From a virus (lineage: Duplodnaviria > Caudoviricetes), in the IMG/VR virus record IMGVR_UViG_3300036900_000119, positions 1 through 58,693 of that record: 58,693 bases of DNA; one strand, 5' to 3'. Under the pieces are notes generated by a model that saw nothing but the letters and a program-made list of their open reading frames with translations, searched no databases and had not been told where the DNA came from. Numbering within the stretch: the first letter of the stretch is position 1; every line of letters starts with the position of its first letter. The position numbers and the translations under genes were made by a program. Positions 44,624 through 54,455 of this stretch are shown piece by piece.

Positions 44624-47086
44624 ATGCGATTTATCCTCTCTCTCTTACTCGCGTTCCCGCTGACCATTGGTGCTGCCACAACCATTTCGTTCTCCAACAT
44701 CTCACTCACCAACGTCGTAAAGACCAACGACCTAGTGCTTGTGGATAGTGCTCTTGGAGGAACGAACTACGCGACAAGGACGGCTACGGTTGGGACGGTG
44801 CTGGCGTTGGTTGGCGGCGGCGGCTCCGGCAACGTCACCGCCAGCGGCACAAGCGAGGTGGGATCGACACTTGTCACCAAGGATACTTCAAGCACGAACG
44901 TCCAAGCCGGAATATCGGGTCTAATCAATGTGCGAAACCCGCCCTTCAACGCAGCAGGGGACGGAATCACTGTGGACAATACCGCCGTAATTGCAGCCAT
45001 TGGATACGCCGCTACGAACGGAGGAATTGTCTATTTCCCACGCGGCAGCTACCTCATCACAACGAATCTTTGGTTGCCAAAGACGATCGGAGACACGTTC
45101 AAATCCTACCGAATTACTGGAGACATTAACGGGCAGACCGGAAACTATTCAACCAACTTGGCTCCGGCAACCACGGAACTAATCCTTCGCACATCCATTG
45201 GCCCTGCAAAGATTGTGTCGCTTTGGGATGGTCTAGTCGAAATCGACCACATCCAACTTCGAGATGACACGGATGGAACTGTTCCTTTCATCTACACGAC
45301 TTCAACAACGCTGAGTATCCATGACGTTAGTTTTTACGGAAAGCCGACAGCGACACCAAGTAGCGTTGTCCAAGATGCAATCATTCTTGGAGGGACAGGA
45401 ATCAGTGCAGCCACTGGCAGCACGAACGACACTTTTCGAGGCTACGGGACAATCATAGATCACAACTGGTTTGCATTAATCCAGCGCGGCGTTTACATGC
45501 GATACACCTGCAATGCCGTTGTCGTTAAGAACAATAACTGGTGGTATTTCTGCGGAGGCAGGTGCCCAATCGAAATCCTCGGAGATGTTACGCCTTCATT
45601 TCAAGACGGAGCGAACATTATACGAGACAATTTGATTGAAATGACCAGTTACACATACGCCTACGTTCTCAACCATGCCGACTACAATCAGTTTCTCCAG
45701 AACGGACTGTGGGACTGCAACTTTTTCAATTCCAATAACCATCTGTATTCAATAGACAACAGCAGCTTTAATGTATTCGCAGATTTGCCAGTCAATAGCG
45801 TTCCTGGGGGGACACTGGCGCTTGGTAATTCCATTCTCAACAACAGCTTTGTTTCTAGTTTCGATTATACCAAGATAGCATTGCCAGTGCCGCATGATCC
45901 TACCGGAAGAAGCTCTGGAAGCGTTTGGGCAACGCCTCAATCCTTCGTCGGGGACTGGCATGGCACAAACGACTACAAGGGTCAGGTGAACGCAGGTGAT
46001 CCCAACAGTACAAATTCTTTAAGCATGGGTTACAACGCTACAACCGGAAACGCCACCCTGGACGCGAGTGGGGGCGCTATTCCATTGCTTGTTAACGCCT
46101 CCGTTCTAAACAGCGCGAACGGGTTTAGTCGAAACGGCACGAATGGCATTACGGGAACATTTACGTTTACTGGAACGAACGCGGGCGGAGCCCTGGTGAC
46201 AAACATCGTAACTGTCTCTGGCGGGATAATCGTTTCATGGCTGCCATCTCCACCACAACCGCCTACGGGGTTGTCAGGATATATTACCAACGGCACAAAC
46301 ATCTATCTTACTTGGACGGCTTCATCCGGAGCTACTGGATACCAGATTGGGCGTAGCACAACTAGCGGATCTGGCTACAGCGTCATTGGCACAAGCGCAA
46401 CAACCTTTTACACGGACGTTGGACCTTCTCCTGCTTCTTATTATTACGTCGTGGCGGCTACAAATGGGCAGGGGGTAGGAAACTATTCGAGCGAAGTATC
46501 AATCAATAATAATTTCAGCCCGACTAACATAGTAGGATTAGCTTACTGGTGGGATTGGAACACGCTTCCACAAGGCGCGTTAACAACATGGACTGACAGC
46601 GTTACGCATGTCGTGTTGACCCATACGCTAGGGTCTATTGCGACCAACACCACAACGGGGGTCTATTTTGCATCGGCGTCGGATTATGAACTTCCTCTCG
46701 GCGGTATTACAACTACAAATGCCTCGTTTTGGCTGGATATAATTCCTGATTCGCCTCCGGGTCATTGGGAATACATTTTCACAGGCGCAGGAGACGGTTT
46801 CCTGATCGACCCGACAGGCTTCAAGTTTTGGTATGTCAGCGACGTTGCCTCTATGACAGGCAATACAGAATGGAATAACGTATGGGTGTCAGGTGGAACT
46901 ACATACACAAACGGGGTGAGTAGCACCTCGACTGCCAATAGGACAACACAATTACTGCAATCGCTTAACGTGAATTCAGGATCACAGGCTTACCTAGGCC
47001 ATATTAAGCACATCGGAATTTGGACGAATACCACTTTGAGCGCGACGGATGCGGCCAATCTAAACACTTACGGAATCGCACATTAA
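44624..47086 (+). CDS. Spike/depolymerase-like protein with signal peptide (beta-helix, Fn3, LamG-like domains)
   Basis: MRFILSLLLAFPLTIGA-A; NV...FNAAGDGITVD...A...VYFPRGSY; PTGL...LTW..S.GATGY...YYYVV.A.N..G. Confidence 0.82.
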   Translation: MRFILSLLLAFPLTIGAATTISFSNISLTNVVKTNDLVLVDSALGGTNYATRTATVGTVLALVGGGGSGNVTASGTSEVGSTLVTKDTSSTNVQAGISGLINVRNPPFNAAGDGITVDNTAVIAAIGYAATNGGIVYFPRGSYLITTNLWLPKTIGDTFKSYRITGDINGQTGNYSTNLAPATTELILRTSIGPAKIVSLWDGLVEIDHIQLRDDTDGTVPFIYTTSTTLSIHDVSFYGKPTATPSSVVQDAIILGGTGISAATGSTNDTFRGYGTIIDHNWFALIQRGVYMRYTCNAVVVKNNNWWYFCGGRCPIEILGDVTPSFQDGANIIRDNLIEMTSYTYAYVLNHADYNQFLQNGLWDCNFFNSNNHLYSIDNSSFNVFADLPVNSVPGGTLALGNSILNNSFVSSFDYTKIALPVPHDPTGRSSGSVWATPQSFVGDWHGTNDYKGQVNAGDPNSTNSLSMGYNATTGNATLDASGGAIPLLVNASVLNSANGFSRNGTNGITGTFTFTGTNAGGALVTNIVTVSGGIIVSWLPSPPQPPTGLSGYITNGTNIYLTWTASSGATGYQIGRSTTSGSGYSVIGTSATTFYTDVGPSPASYYYVVAATNGQGVGNYSSEVSINNNFSPTNIVGLAYWWDWNTLPQGALTTWTDSVTHVVLTHTLGSIATNTTTGVYFASASDYELPLGGITTTNASFWLDIIPDSPPGHWEYIFTGAGDGFLIDPTGFKFWYVSDVASMTGNTEWNNVWVSGGTTYTNGVSSTSTANRTTQLLQSLNVNSGSQAYLGHIKHIGIWTNTTLSATDAANLNTYGIAH

Positions 47087-47154
47087 GCAATGAACCCAAC
47101 CTCCCCGAATCCGAACCAAGCCTCTCGCCGAGGACGCCGTGCTAACTTAAACTT

Positions 47155-47385
47155 ATGGACATTATTCCAATCGTAGCAGCCATCAGCGGCGAAAGCGTCG
47201 TGAACGCCGTTATTTGGATCGTCGTCGCGGCCCTCATTTACTTCGTCGTTATGTGGGGTATCGAGAAGATTGGCATTCCTGAGCCGTTCCATAAGATCGC
47301 CATCGCACTCGTTGTCCTGATGGTCGTCGTCCTGCTCGTAAACGCGCTCCTCACAATCGCGGGGCATCCGTTCATTCGGTGGTAA
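47155..47385 (+). CDS. Two-TM membrane protein, holin candidate
   Basis: Two hydrophobic helices separated by IPEPF. Confidence 0.65.
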   Translation: MDIIPIVAAISGESVVNAVIWIVVAALIYFVVMWGIEKIGIPEPFHKIAIALVVLMVVVLLVNALLTIAGHPFIRW

Positions 47386-47390
47386 TCGGC

Positions 47391-47702
47391 ATGTCCGAAG
47401 GCATCGAGCTTCGAGAATACGTGGAGCGCCTGTTCGACGAGCGCGAGAAAGCCGCCGAACTCGTCGCCACGAACTTAGAGCAACGCCTCGACAAGCTGAA
47501 TGAACTGAGGGCGGAAGTGATGAAGGACCGCGACCAGTTCTTGAAGAAAGACCTCTACGATCAGATGCACGCGGGGCTGATGGATCGCGTTTACAAACTT
47601 GAGGCGTTCCAAAGTCGATTGATCGGCCTCGGCACCGCTCTAGTCGTCGGGGCGGGCATCATCAGCGCGGTGATAACGAAAGTATTTTTCCAAACCAAAT
47701 AA
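47391..47702 (+). CDS. Coiled-coil protein with C-terminal TM helix
   Basis: RLDKLNELR; hydrophobic C-terminus. Confidence 0.68.
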   Translation: MSEGIELREYVERLFDEREKAAELVATNLEQRLDKLNELRAEVMKDRDQFLKKDLYDQMHAGLMDRVYKLEAFQSRLIGLGTALVVGAGIISAVITKVFFQTK

Positions 47703-47714
47703 ACGCCGCTCTTT

Positions 47715-48062
47715 ATGGAGACAGAAAACGGAAACCACCTAGTTGAACCCATGGAAAACCCGCCAATCGCCGGTGAAAACGTAACCCTTCGGGTTGTCTC
47801 TATCATTGGGTTCTTAAGCATCTTTGCCTTGTGCATCTGGTGGGCGGCGAATTTACAGGGGGACGTTAGGACCATGCAGGCTGATCTTGCGGGCATAAAG
47901 ACAAGCATCCAGAACTTGTCCAAGGTGGAGATGGTTCAGAATGAATTGCGCGAGGTAAAGCAGTACGGCAGCGACGTATCGCGCAAGCTGGCGCTCGATT
48001 TCATCGACATGAAGCGCGATTTCGAGTTGTTCAAGGTGAGGCAGTCGGCAACAACGAAATAA
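47715..48062 (+). CDS. TM plus coiled-coil protein
   Basis: VVSIIGFLSIFALCIWWA followed by heptads. Confidence 0.65.
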   Translation: METENGNHLVEPMENPPIAGENVTLRVVSIIGFLSIFALCIWWAANLQGDVRTMQADLAGIKTSIQNLSKVEMVQNELREVKQYGSDVSRKLALDFIDMKRDFELFKVRQSATTK

Positions 48063-48066
48063 ATCC

Positions 48067-48363
48067 ATGCTCAAACTGAATTGGGAACTGTGGCTGTACG
48101 GACTTTTGGCTGGCGTGATCGGTGGCGCATCCACCGCTGCGTTGTCGTGGGCTGGGTTGGGCGCGGCGCACTCGGCGGGGCTGGATGTGCCCACGCTCAA
48201 CTTCAAAGCCTTAGGCATCGTGCTCATTAGCGGTGCGGCTCCGTCGTTTTTTGCTTACCTCAAGCAACAGCCGCTCCCGCCCATCGTCACGACAGAAACA
48301 ACGATAACGGTGACGGAAAAGAAAGCGGCTGATCCGGTGGTTCCGGACCCCGTTAAGCCTTAG
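48067..48363 (+). CDS. Holin-like membrane protein
   Basis: WLYGLLA..IGG...YLKQ.PLP; two hydrophobic segments. Confidence 0.6.
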   Translation: MLKLNWELWLYGLLAGVIGGASTAALSWAGLGAAHSAGLDVPTLNFKALGIVLISGAAPSFFAYLKQQPLPPIVTTETTITVTEKKAADPVVPDPVKP

Positions 48364-48409
48364 TTCTGAATTGTGTTGCATAATGCCCCACGATGGGTAA
48401 AGGTGCGGC

Positions 48410-48565
48410 GTGCCTAAAGCGCGGAAACGCCTCGTCAAAGTCAGTTGTCAGATTCCACTTGATCTGGCTGAGTGGTTCGCGGAACTAGCGGCTAAAAACC
48501 AGTGCAGCCTTTCCTCGAAGCTTCGTTACGCGCTTTGGATTTACAGGGACTCGATGAAGCCATGA
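48410..48565 (+). CDS. Ribbon-helix-helix regulator (absent from ORF track)
   Basis: GTG start; MPKARKRLVKVSCQIPLDLAEWFAELAAKNQCSLSSKLRYAL; ATGA-coupled to next gene. Confidence 0.65.
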   Translation: MPKARKRLVKVSCQIPLDLAEWFAELAAKNQCSLSSKLRYALWIYRDSMKP

Positions 48566-48999
48566 TCGTCATCTCCCAACAACGCCTCAAGGAATTGTTG
48601 TTCAACGCGGGCATTGACCCCGTGGACGCACCCGGTAGCAGCTACGCTTTGGCTGAGGTGGATTGGATCGCTGGCGAATTCGCGAGGGCTCTCCGATACG
48701 AACAAGCCGACCACTCTGAATACCGTCTTGGCTCCAACGATTGCGTTCGGTTCTCGCGGCGAGCGGCCAATCTCGCCAACGAGATGTTCATTGATTTTGA
48801 TGATCTCCCCGAAGACGCTTCCTTCGCCGCTGGCGTGACCGCCTACGAGCTTCTCGACGGCAACGATCACATGATTGTGATCTTCGTTTGCCCCGGCGAG
48901 GAGAACGACGTGCCGAAGCTCGTTTACTTTGACGCTCAAACCTGTCAAATCACAACCCCCATCCGAAAGGAAAACACCGTATGCTCCGCTGCCTTCTAA
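48562..48999 (+). CDS. Papain/transglutaminase-like cysteine peptidase (MOA lectin C-terminal-like)
   Basis: Y.....DC..F...G......H....F......L.YFD.QT; candidate Cys-His-Asp triad. Confidence 0.55.
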   Translation: MIVISQQRLKELLFNAGIDPVDAPGSSYALAEVDWIAGEFARALRYEQADHSEYRLGSNDCVRFSRRAANLANEMFIDFDDLPEDASFAAGVTAYELLDGNDHMIVIFVCPGEENDVPKLVYFDAQTCQITTPIRKENTVCSAAF

Positions 49000-49310
49000 T
49001 CGCCACCCTCCTCGCCATCGCACCACTCGCCGCCTTCGCCGTCGAAGACACGCAAGGCGATTACATCGCCGCCCATGGCAACCCGTATTACACCGTAGTC
49101 CACGGCCAGCTCTACGCGAACGACGGTATGACGTGGTACGTGCTCCGAAGACCGCAGTTTGATTCCGGATTGATCGCCGGGATGCCCTTCGGCAAGCAGG
49201 AGCGGTGGTGCAAAGTCGGAGGCTCACGCATCACGATCTACCTGCGCACGCCAAGCACGTTTCGGAATTGCGCTAAAAAGCCGGTGATGTGCCAAGGGAG
49301 CAACTTTTGA
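48981..49310 (+). CDS. Secreted hypothetical protein
   Basis: MLRCLLIATLLAIAPLAAFA signal peptide. Confidence 0.6.
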   Translation: MLRCLLIATLLAIAPLAAFAVEDTQGDYIAAHGNPYYTVVHGQLYANDGMTWYVLRRPQFDSGLIAGMPFGKQERWCKVGGSRITIYLRTPSTFRNCAKKPVMCQGSNF

Positions 49311-49352
49311 AGCGCCGGGACGGAACCGATAAAGCGTGGTAGCCTGTCTCTT

Positions 49353-49589
49353 ATGCAAGACCACGAATTGAACCCACTGGTTCATGCGGTCAACAATCTC
49401 GCGGATGCAATCCGGTCCAGCACCCGTGCGATCACTAAAACGGACCTTGAACAAATGGAAGCGCGGTTAACCGATGCAATTAAGTCGATCCAAACAGTCG
49501 ATACCTCAGGGCTTGCTGCTCTGCTGGAACGCTCTAAAGGAGAGGCTGCTACACTTGCTTCTTTCGCCACGCCACCAGCACAACCATAA
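49353..49589 (+). CDS. Small coiled-coil protein
   Basis: Helical, in operon. Confidence 0.62.
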   Translation: MQDHELNPLVHAVNNLADAIRSSTRAITKTDLEQMEARLTDAIKSIQTVDTSGLAALLERSKGEAATLASFATPPAQP

Positions 49590-49593
49590 GCCT

Positions 49594-49854
49594 ATGCCAA
49601 CAGTAAGCGAGAGTGTCCAAGCCTACGTCACAGCCCAAAACGCCGCTGACGATGAAGTGGACGCTCAAATCAAAATCGTCACCGACGAACTCACGAAGAC
49701 ACGCGCCGACCTCCAGGCGATTCAAAACAGCCCTGGCACTTTGTCGCCGGCCGACCAAGCGAGCTTGGACAGCGCCCTGGCCCGCACTCAGAAAATGGTG
49801 GACGCGCTCAAAGCCGTGGATGCCGTTCCGACGCCACCGCCGCCCACTGTCTAA
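49594..49854 (+). CDS. Small coiled-coil protein
   Basis: MPTVSESVQAY...QNSPG.LS..DQA.LD. Confidence 0.68.
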   Translation: MPTVSESVQAYVTAQNAADDEVDAQIKIVTDELTKTRADLQAIQNSPGTLSPADQASLDSALARTQKMVDALKAVDAVPTPPPPTV

Positions 49855-49911
49855 ACAACGCCCATTCACTGCTGGGTGTGGCCCATCCCACGCCCAGCAT
49901 TCTCGCAAACC

Positions 49912-50232
49912 ATGAAAAAGCTCACCCCCATTCTCGCGGTCGCCGTCTTGTGCGGCTGCGCAAACATCTCCCACAAGCGAATCGTTTCCACTGCCGCAGA
50001 CGGCACGAAAACCGTTGACGAAAAAGAGACAGCCCACTTCTTCTTCCAGAAGGAAGCGGCTCAAAAGGTGAATAGTTCGACGCACGATTCCGGCACGAAT
50101 TACACGCACTCGTTCTCAGCCGTTGGCGTGCAGGTGACGGGCGACGTGGAATTGGTGAACGCCATCGGTAAAGCCGTCGCATCGGGCATTGCCGCTGGAG
50201 CGCAGGGCGCAGGCAAAGCCGTGGTTCCATGA
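49912..50232 (+). CDS. Lipoprotein (spanin-like candidate)
   Basis: MKKLTPILAVAVLCG-C lipobox. Confidence 0.72.
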   Translation: MKKLTPILAVAVLCGCANISHKRIVSTAADGTKTVDEKETAHFFFQKEAAQKVNSSTHDSGTNYTHSFSAVGVQVTGDVELVNAIGKAVASGIAAGAQGAGKAVVP

Positions 50233-50588
50233 ACCTTCTTGCCGCTCTCGCGTTGATCTGCTGCCAGTCGGTTACGATTCCAAAGGCGCAGCTTCAACTC
50301 CTTCCGCTCACCACGAACGCCTTTACCAACATCGTCGCGGTGCTCGAATACGCGCCCATCACAACGCCGTGTCCTGAGTGCGGGTTGGCCAACCACCACG
50401 AGTTGCGCGTGGCTCGCGTCGAGAGCGGCTATTTCGTGACGGCGACGCTCATTGCAGGCGACCAGACGAACAAGGTTGTCGTCTACCGATCGCCGCGCAC
50501 GAACTTCCTTTCCACGAACACGGTGCTCCGCAGCGTTCACCGTCAGCAGCAACCAGGGTGGACGGGACCACCTCCAATCTCGCCGTGA
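50229..50588 (+). CDS. Exported TN-rich hypothetical protein
   Basis: Hydrophobic N-terminus; CPEC...HH; 5 of 7 Asn preceded by Thr. Confidence 0.65.
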   Translation: MNLLAALALICCQSVTIPKAQLQLLPLTTNAFTNIVAVLEYAPITTPCPECGLANHHELRVARVESGYFVTATLIAGDQTNKVVVYRSPRTNFLSTNTVLRSVHRQQQPGWTGPPPISP

Positions 50589-50848
50589 GCCGACTAAGGG
50601 AAATCAAGATTCAGGCCGTCCTCGATGCCACGCTGGCGTGCCGGAACACGAAGGAGGCCATCGAACGGTTGGGGATGCCACGCTCGTCCTACTATCACTG
50701 CCTGAACCAGACGATCAACGGAAACGAGTTGATCTTGCCTAGAATTATCGCCAGGTACGAGCGGGAGATTGATGACCTACGCCGCGAGATCCGAGTGCTA
50801 AAGGCGCTCATCGACAAGGAAAAGCACTCGGCTTTACGGAGATATTAA
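50585..50848 (+). CDS. HTH DNA-binding protein
   Basis: GTG start; NTKEAIERLGMPRSSYY HTH plus coiled coil. Confidence 0.65.
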   Translation: MSRLREIKIQAVLDATLACRNTKEAIERLGMPRSSYYHCLNQTINGNELILPRIIARYEREIDDLRREIRVLKALIDKEKHSALRRY

Positions 50849-50852
50849 AGCC

Positions 50853-51485
50853 ATGAACAACTTTCTCGCCATTTGGTTTGTTGGATGCGCTGCGTGGTTG
50901 CCTTGGAACGGCGAGACGGTAACCGCTTCCCGTAACTACCAAGCGGGCGGCACCAACTACGTCGCGGAGTTCCGATACAACAACTCCGGTGGAATGGTGC
51001 CCGCCGTGAACGGCCCGACGCAGGTCCACTACGACGCCGTTGCGGATCTCTTCCGGTTCCTCGACAAAGGCCGACTCTGCATCGCCAGCAACATCCCCTG
51101 CCAGTACACGGAGAAGGGCTGCTTTGAAGACAGCTTGGATGCACTGTTTTACCAAGTGGAGAAGATGCGGAAAACTAAGGAAATTGCCTCGCCCTGGAAC
51201 GCGGTGACGAACTTAACCGTCACGAACATCGAATCGGTATCATGGACGAATAGCATGTTCTTTACTACGAACGCCTGGAAACAGAATCCGAACAATGTCG
51301 CTTTGTCAATCAGCGACATTACGCCTCCGACTACCATCCAAAACGATTCGTGGCCGCAGCTAGATTACGCCTGCACGAACCTCCAGATCATCGCCGATCA
51401 CGAGCCGTTCATCTACGGCACGAACAAGTCCGGAGCTTGGATCATCCGCTTCCGAACCAACCGTGTTGAATCATTTTTCCCATGA
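50853..51485 (+). CDS. Exported TN-rich hypothetical protein
   Basis: Hydrophobic N-terminus; many TN dipeptides. Confidence 0.65.
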   Translation: MNNFLAIWFVGCAAWLPWNGETVTASRNYQAGGTNYVAEFRYNNSGGMVPAVNGPTQVHYDAVADLFRFLDKGRLCIASNIPCQYTEKGCFEDSLDALFYQVEKMRKTKEIASPWNAVTNLTVTNIESVSWTNSMFFTTNAWKQNPNNVALSISDITPPTTIQNDSWPQLDYACTNLQIIADHEPFIYGTNKSGAWIIRFRTNRVESFFP

Positions 51486-51847
51486 AACTCAAAGAAATCC
51501 TACCACTCTCAGCCGTCGCTTTGGCCGCCACCGTGGCGATCTCCGCCGTTTTATCGGCGCTGGCGGGCACGAACACTACCAACGCCGTGCGCGCTCCGAT
51601 GGCCTCGCCTTCCGCGCAACTCGATGGAACTAACGCTAACCCGATGCCGCATGGCCCGCAGAAGCTCCAGAGCGCCGCCATGGCTGCTAAACCTGCCGCG
51701 CCCGTGATAAACCCGCAGGTGGCGTTTCTGGAGGGCGCTAGAATAGGCGCAATGCTCGGGCGTCGTAATCCCGATCTTGACGATCAAATGCTTGCTGCTC
51801 TGGCGAACCGAATTTGGCAGCAGCAGACCCAAGCGCAGAAGCCATGA
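51482..51847 (+). CDS. Exported hypothetical protein
   Basis: MKLKEILPLSAVALAATVAISAVLSALA. Confidence 0.65.
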   Translation: MKLKEILPLSAVALAATVAISAVLSALAGTNTTNAVRAPMASPSAQLDGTNANPMPHGPQKLQSAAMAAKPAAPVINPQVAFLEGARIGAMLGRRNPDLDDQMLAALANRIWQQQTQAQKP

Positions 51848-52020
51848 ACTTTTCGCGCACCCTTGCGGTCGTGTTCCGCCAAACGCGCCGCAGCGAACGT
51901 CCCCTCTCGTCGCCCCGCAAATGGCCGGGTGGGGTGCGCGCCTTTCCCCCGCAGCCGCTTCCTCAAGCCCCGTCACTCCAGCGGGCTGCCGCGTTTCTCC
52001 GTTCAAGCGAAACCGCGACG

Positions 52021-52431
52021 TTGCATCGTAATCTGAGGTGTGCGGGGGTTCTCCTGTTGGCCGCGAGCGCATTGGCCGCTCAACCGAGGCTGGTGACGCT
52101 CAAGGCGACCATTGACCCTTACGCCATTCCTCCTGGTGGCAGCAATTCGGTGGTGACTATCTATAAAAGCACGTCGCTTGGAACCGTGTGGTCCCCGCCA
52201 AAGCCCACCGCAATTTTCCCCGCCACCCGTACAAACCAGTCCTTTGCCGTCGTCGTGCCCAACAAGTTCCGGTTCTATTCCACGGCGACAGTGCAACCTT
52301 ACGGGGAGAGCGACCCATCCAACACCGTCACCAACGATTTAACTTCGCTCACTGCCGTTGTCAGCGTAAAACCATTAAGCCATGAAATTCGTCGCTTCAT
52401 TTCTACTCCTGCTCGCAGCGGCCATCGCTAA
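52021..52431 (+). CDS. Secreted Fn3-like protein (start uncertain)
   Basis: VLLLAASALA-A; FY..TA.....GESDPSN. Confidence 0.55.
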   Translation: MHRNLRCAGVLLLAASALAAQPRLVTLKATIDPYAIPPGGSNSVVTIYKSTSLGTVWSPPKPTAIFPATRTNQSFAVVVPNKFRFYSTATVQPYGESDPSNTVTNDLTSLTAVVSVKPLSHEIRRFISTPARSGHR

Positions 52432-52444
52432 CCCGTGACTCACC

Positions 52445-52696
52445 ATGTCAATCGAACCTATCACTACGCTTGATCCTTCACCGGAGGAGTTTATCTCCAA
52501 AGTGCAGGCGCGTAATTCGCATTTAAGCGAACACGAGCGCGCCCTCTTGGACGCGGGGGAAATGCTTTGGGTTGTTCTCGCCAACGTCTCTGGTGGCGAT
52601 TGGGAAAAACAAACGTCAGAGTGGCAGTTGGCAGCCCGTCGTTGGGCAGATAACTTTCACGCCGTCGCATCCTCGATTAACGCAAAAGCGAGCTAA
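52445..52696 (+). CDS. Hypothetical protein
   Basis: W...ANV.GGDW..Q..EW..AA.RW motif. Confidence 0.65.
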   Translation: MSIEPITTLDPSPEEFISKVQARNSHLSEHERALLDAGEMLWVVLANVSGGDWEKQTSEWQLAARRWADNFHAVASSINAKAS

Positions 52697-53199
52697 ACAT
52701 GTGCCCATTTTTTGCGACGCATTATTTCTCCCACAGTGGTTGGGTGAATCCCAAAATCTTTTGCTAGGTCGGTATAGGAGATGTATTCACTTCGATACCT
52801 ACGCCTCATTAAAATGACCTGCTCGGCTGTCAACTTGGCCCATGGGCAATTATCACCGCGAAGTGTCCTTCCCTTTTTGAGCGCGTCTTGCATGTTGTCT
52901 TTTTGAGTGCCTATAAAAAGATGGTCAGGTCTACAGCATGGCGGATTGTCGCACTTATGCAGCACACTGAGACCAATCGGGATTACACCGAACGTGATGA
53001 ACCACGCAAAGCGGTGGGTTTGCCACTTCGGAACTCCCTGCCTTTGGCTTCCAGGAACGAAGCTTCCTCTGTTGTTGTGATCTCGAAATCCAGTCCAGAT
53101 CCAGCAACCGTCAGTCTTTTCAACCCAACTCCAAAAAAGGTTGATGATGCGAGTTTCGAATGGGATAGTCGGCCAAGGGACGATCTGAGTTTTGTTCAT
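52693..53199 (-). CDS. HNH homing endonuclease
   Basis: CWIWTG...HRFAW...VLHKCDNPPCCRPDHLF.GT..DN. Confidence 0.92.
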   Translation of the reverse strand: MNKTQIVPWPTIPFETRIINLFWSWVEKTDGCWIWTGFRDHNNRGSFVPGSQRQGVPKWQTHRFAWFITFGVIPIGLSVLHKCDNPPCCRPDHLFIGTQKDNMQDALKKGRTLRGDNCPWAKLTAEQVILMRRRYRSEYISYTDLAKDFGIHPTTVGEIMRRKKWAHV

Positions 53200-53271
53200 T
53201 TCGTTTCTAGCGAGGGTCGCTCCTTACCGGGGAGCGGCTCTTGCGCTCGTGAATAATTAGCGGGAATTCAA

Positions 53272-53880
53272 ATGAAAACAACGATATTATCGCTCATTTT
53301 GATGTTGGTGAAGGTTACATCCAACGGTCAACTCATCCTAGCTTTCTCAGGAGAAAACAATTTGTCTGTAGGTCCAGGATGCGCCGGATACGATTTCGTT
53401 GAAGGCACGCTGCCACAAACTCTCGGGAGCCTCGGCGTTTGGGACGCAAGCGGCACTGGCTTGACCGAGTTGCACCGCGTCGGATTGTGGGACTTCTCCA
53501 CGCAAACGCTCTTGGCGTCCGTGGTGGTTGTACCTGGTACCGCCGTCGAGATTGGTTCATTCTGGTATCAGGCGCTCGCTGCGCCCGTCACGCTCGAAGC
53601 TGGCCACCATTACGTACTCGGAGCGCAATACTCGGACAACTCACTCGACCTCGCGGCCGGCAACGCCACCTCCGTGACGATAAACGGCATCGCACTTGGG
53701 GATGCTCGCTTGTCCAGCGGTACGGGATTTGAGTTTCCGGACCTCGACGTGTCGGGCGCAAACAGGGGATTTTTTGGGGCAAACGGAATTGGAACAGCCG
53801 TCCCCGAACCTCCAGCGTGGGGATTCGTCACCAGCGGCATAATGCTCGCCCTGGTGCTCTACCGGAGGGCAACGGTATGA
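53272..53880 (+). CDS. PEP-CTERM sorted surface protein (DUF4082-like domain)
   Basis: Signal peptide; GY.F...LGVWD...H.VGLW; C-terminal AVPEP + TM helix + RR. Confidence 0.85.
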   Translation: MKTTILSLILMLVKVTSNGQLILAFSGENNLSVGPGCAGYDFVEGTLPQTLGSLGVWDASGTGLTELHRVGLWDFSTQTLLASVVVVPGTAVEIGSFWYQALAAPVTLEAGHHYVLGAQYSDNSLDLAAGNATSVTINGIALGDARLSSGTGFEFPDLDVSGANRGFFGANGIGTAVPEPPAWGFVTSGIMLALVLYRRATV

Positions 53881-54155
53881 TCCTGTTCATTCTCGGCATT
53901 AAAATGGCTATCCTGGTCAACACGCCAGATGATCCGATGACTATAAACTGGCGGGCTCACGCGATCATGGCGCAGCACGGCACCTACGAATGGTCCTACG
54001 ATGTGCCGTATTTCCGGCCAATGAAACCGTATTGGGTGATACGCGCTGACGAAGATGTGATACCGCCCGCCAATCGCCCGCCCGTTACCCCCGGTAACGA
54101 TCACGGCAACCGTCCAGTCGTTCCTCCGGGTATCCGTAACTACGCCACGCCATGA
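53877..54155 (+). CDS. Hypothetical protein
   Basis: MILFILGIKMAILV...; ATGA-coupled. Confidence 0.55.
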   Translation: MILFILGIKMAILVNTPDDPMTINWRAHAIMAQHGTYEWSYDVPYFRPMKPYWVIRADEDVIPPANRPPVTPGNDHGNRPVVPPGIRNYATP

Positions 54156-54451
54156 CGCTCCAACGCTGGATCATCGTTGTTGGAGTGCTCGTGTTCGCCG
54201 TGTTCCGTCCGTCCATGCTCCGGAACGTCACGCTGCTTTCACAAGGGAACCCGGTTACGATCACGCTAGATTCTCCACTAGCGGGTAGCGTTGTCTCGAA
54301 TACTATCACGCTGCGCGCCACGGCTGGGAGTTCGGTCGCACCTATCTCAAGGGTGGAGTTCTACTGCGACGGAAAGCTGATCGGGATTGTGAACAGCAAC
54401 AACGTGCCTATACCCATTCCACCAACCGGATTCACAGTGACTGGACCGTAA
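54152..54451 (+). CDS. Membrane-anchored/secreted Ig-like (Big) domain protein
   Basis: N-terminal TM; VTITLDSP..G..VS..ITL.ATA.....I.RVEFY.DG..IG. Confidence 0.72.
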   Translation: MTLQRWIIVVGVLVFAVFRPSMLRNVTLLSQGNPVTITLDSPLAGSVVSNTITLRATAGSSVAPISRVEFYCDGKLIGIVNSNNVPIPIPPTGFTVTGP

Positions 54452-54455
54452 CACC

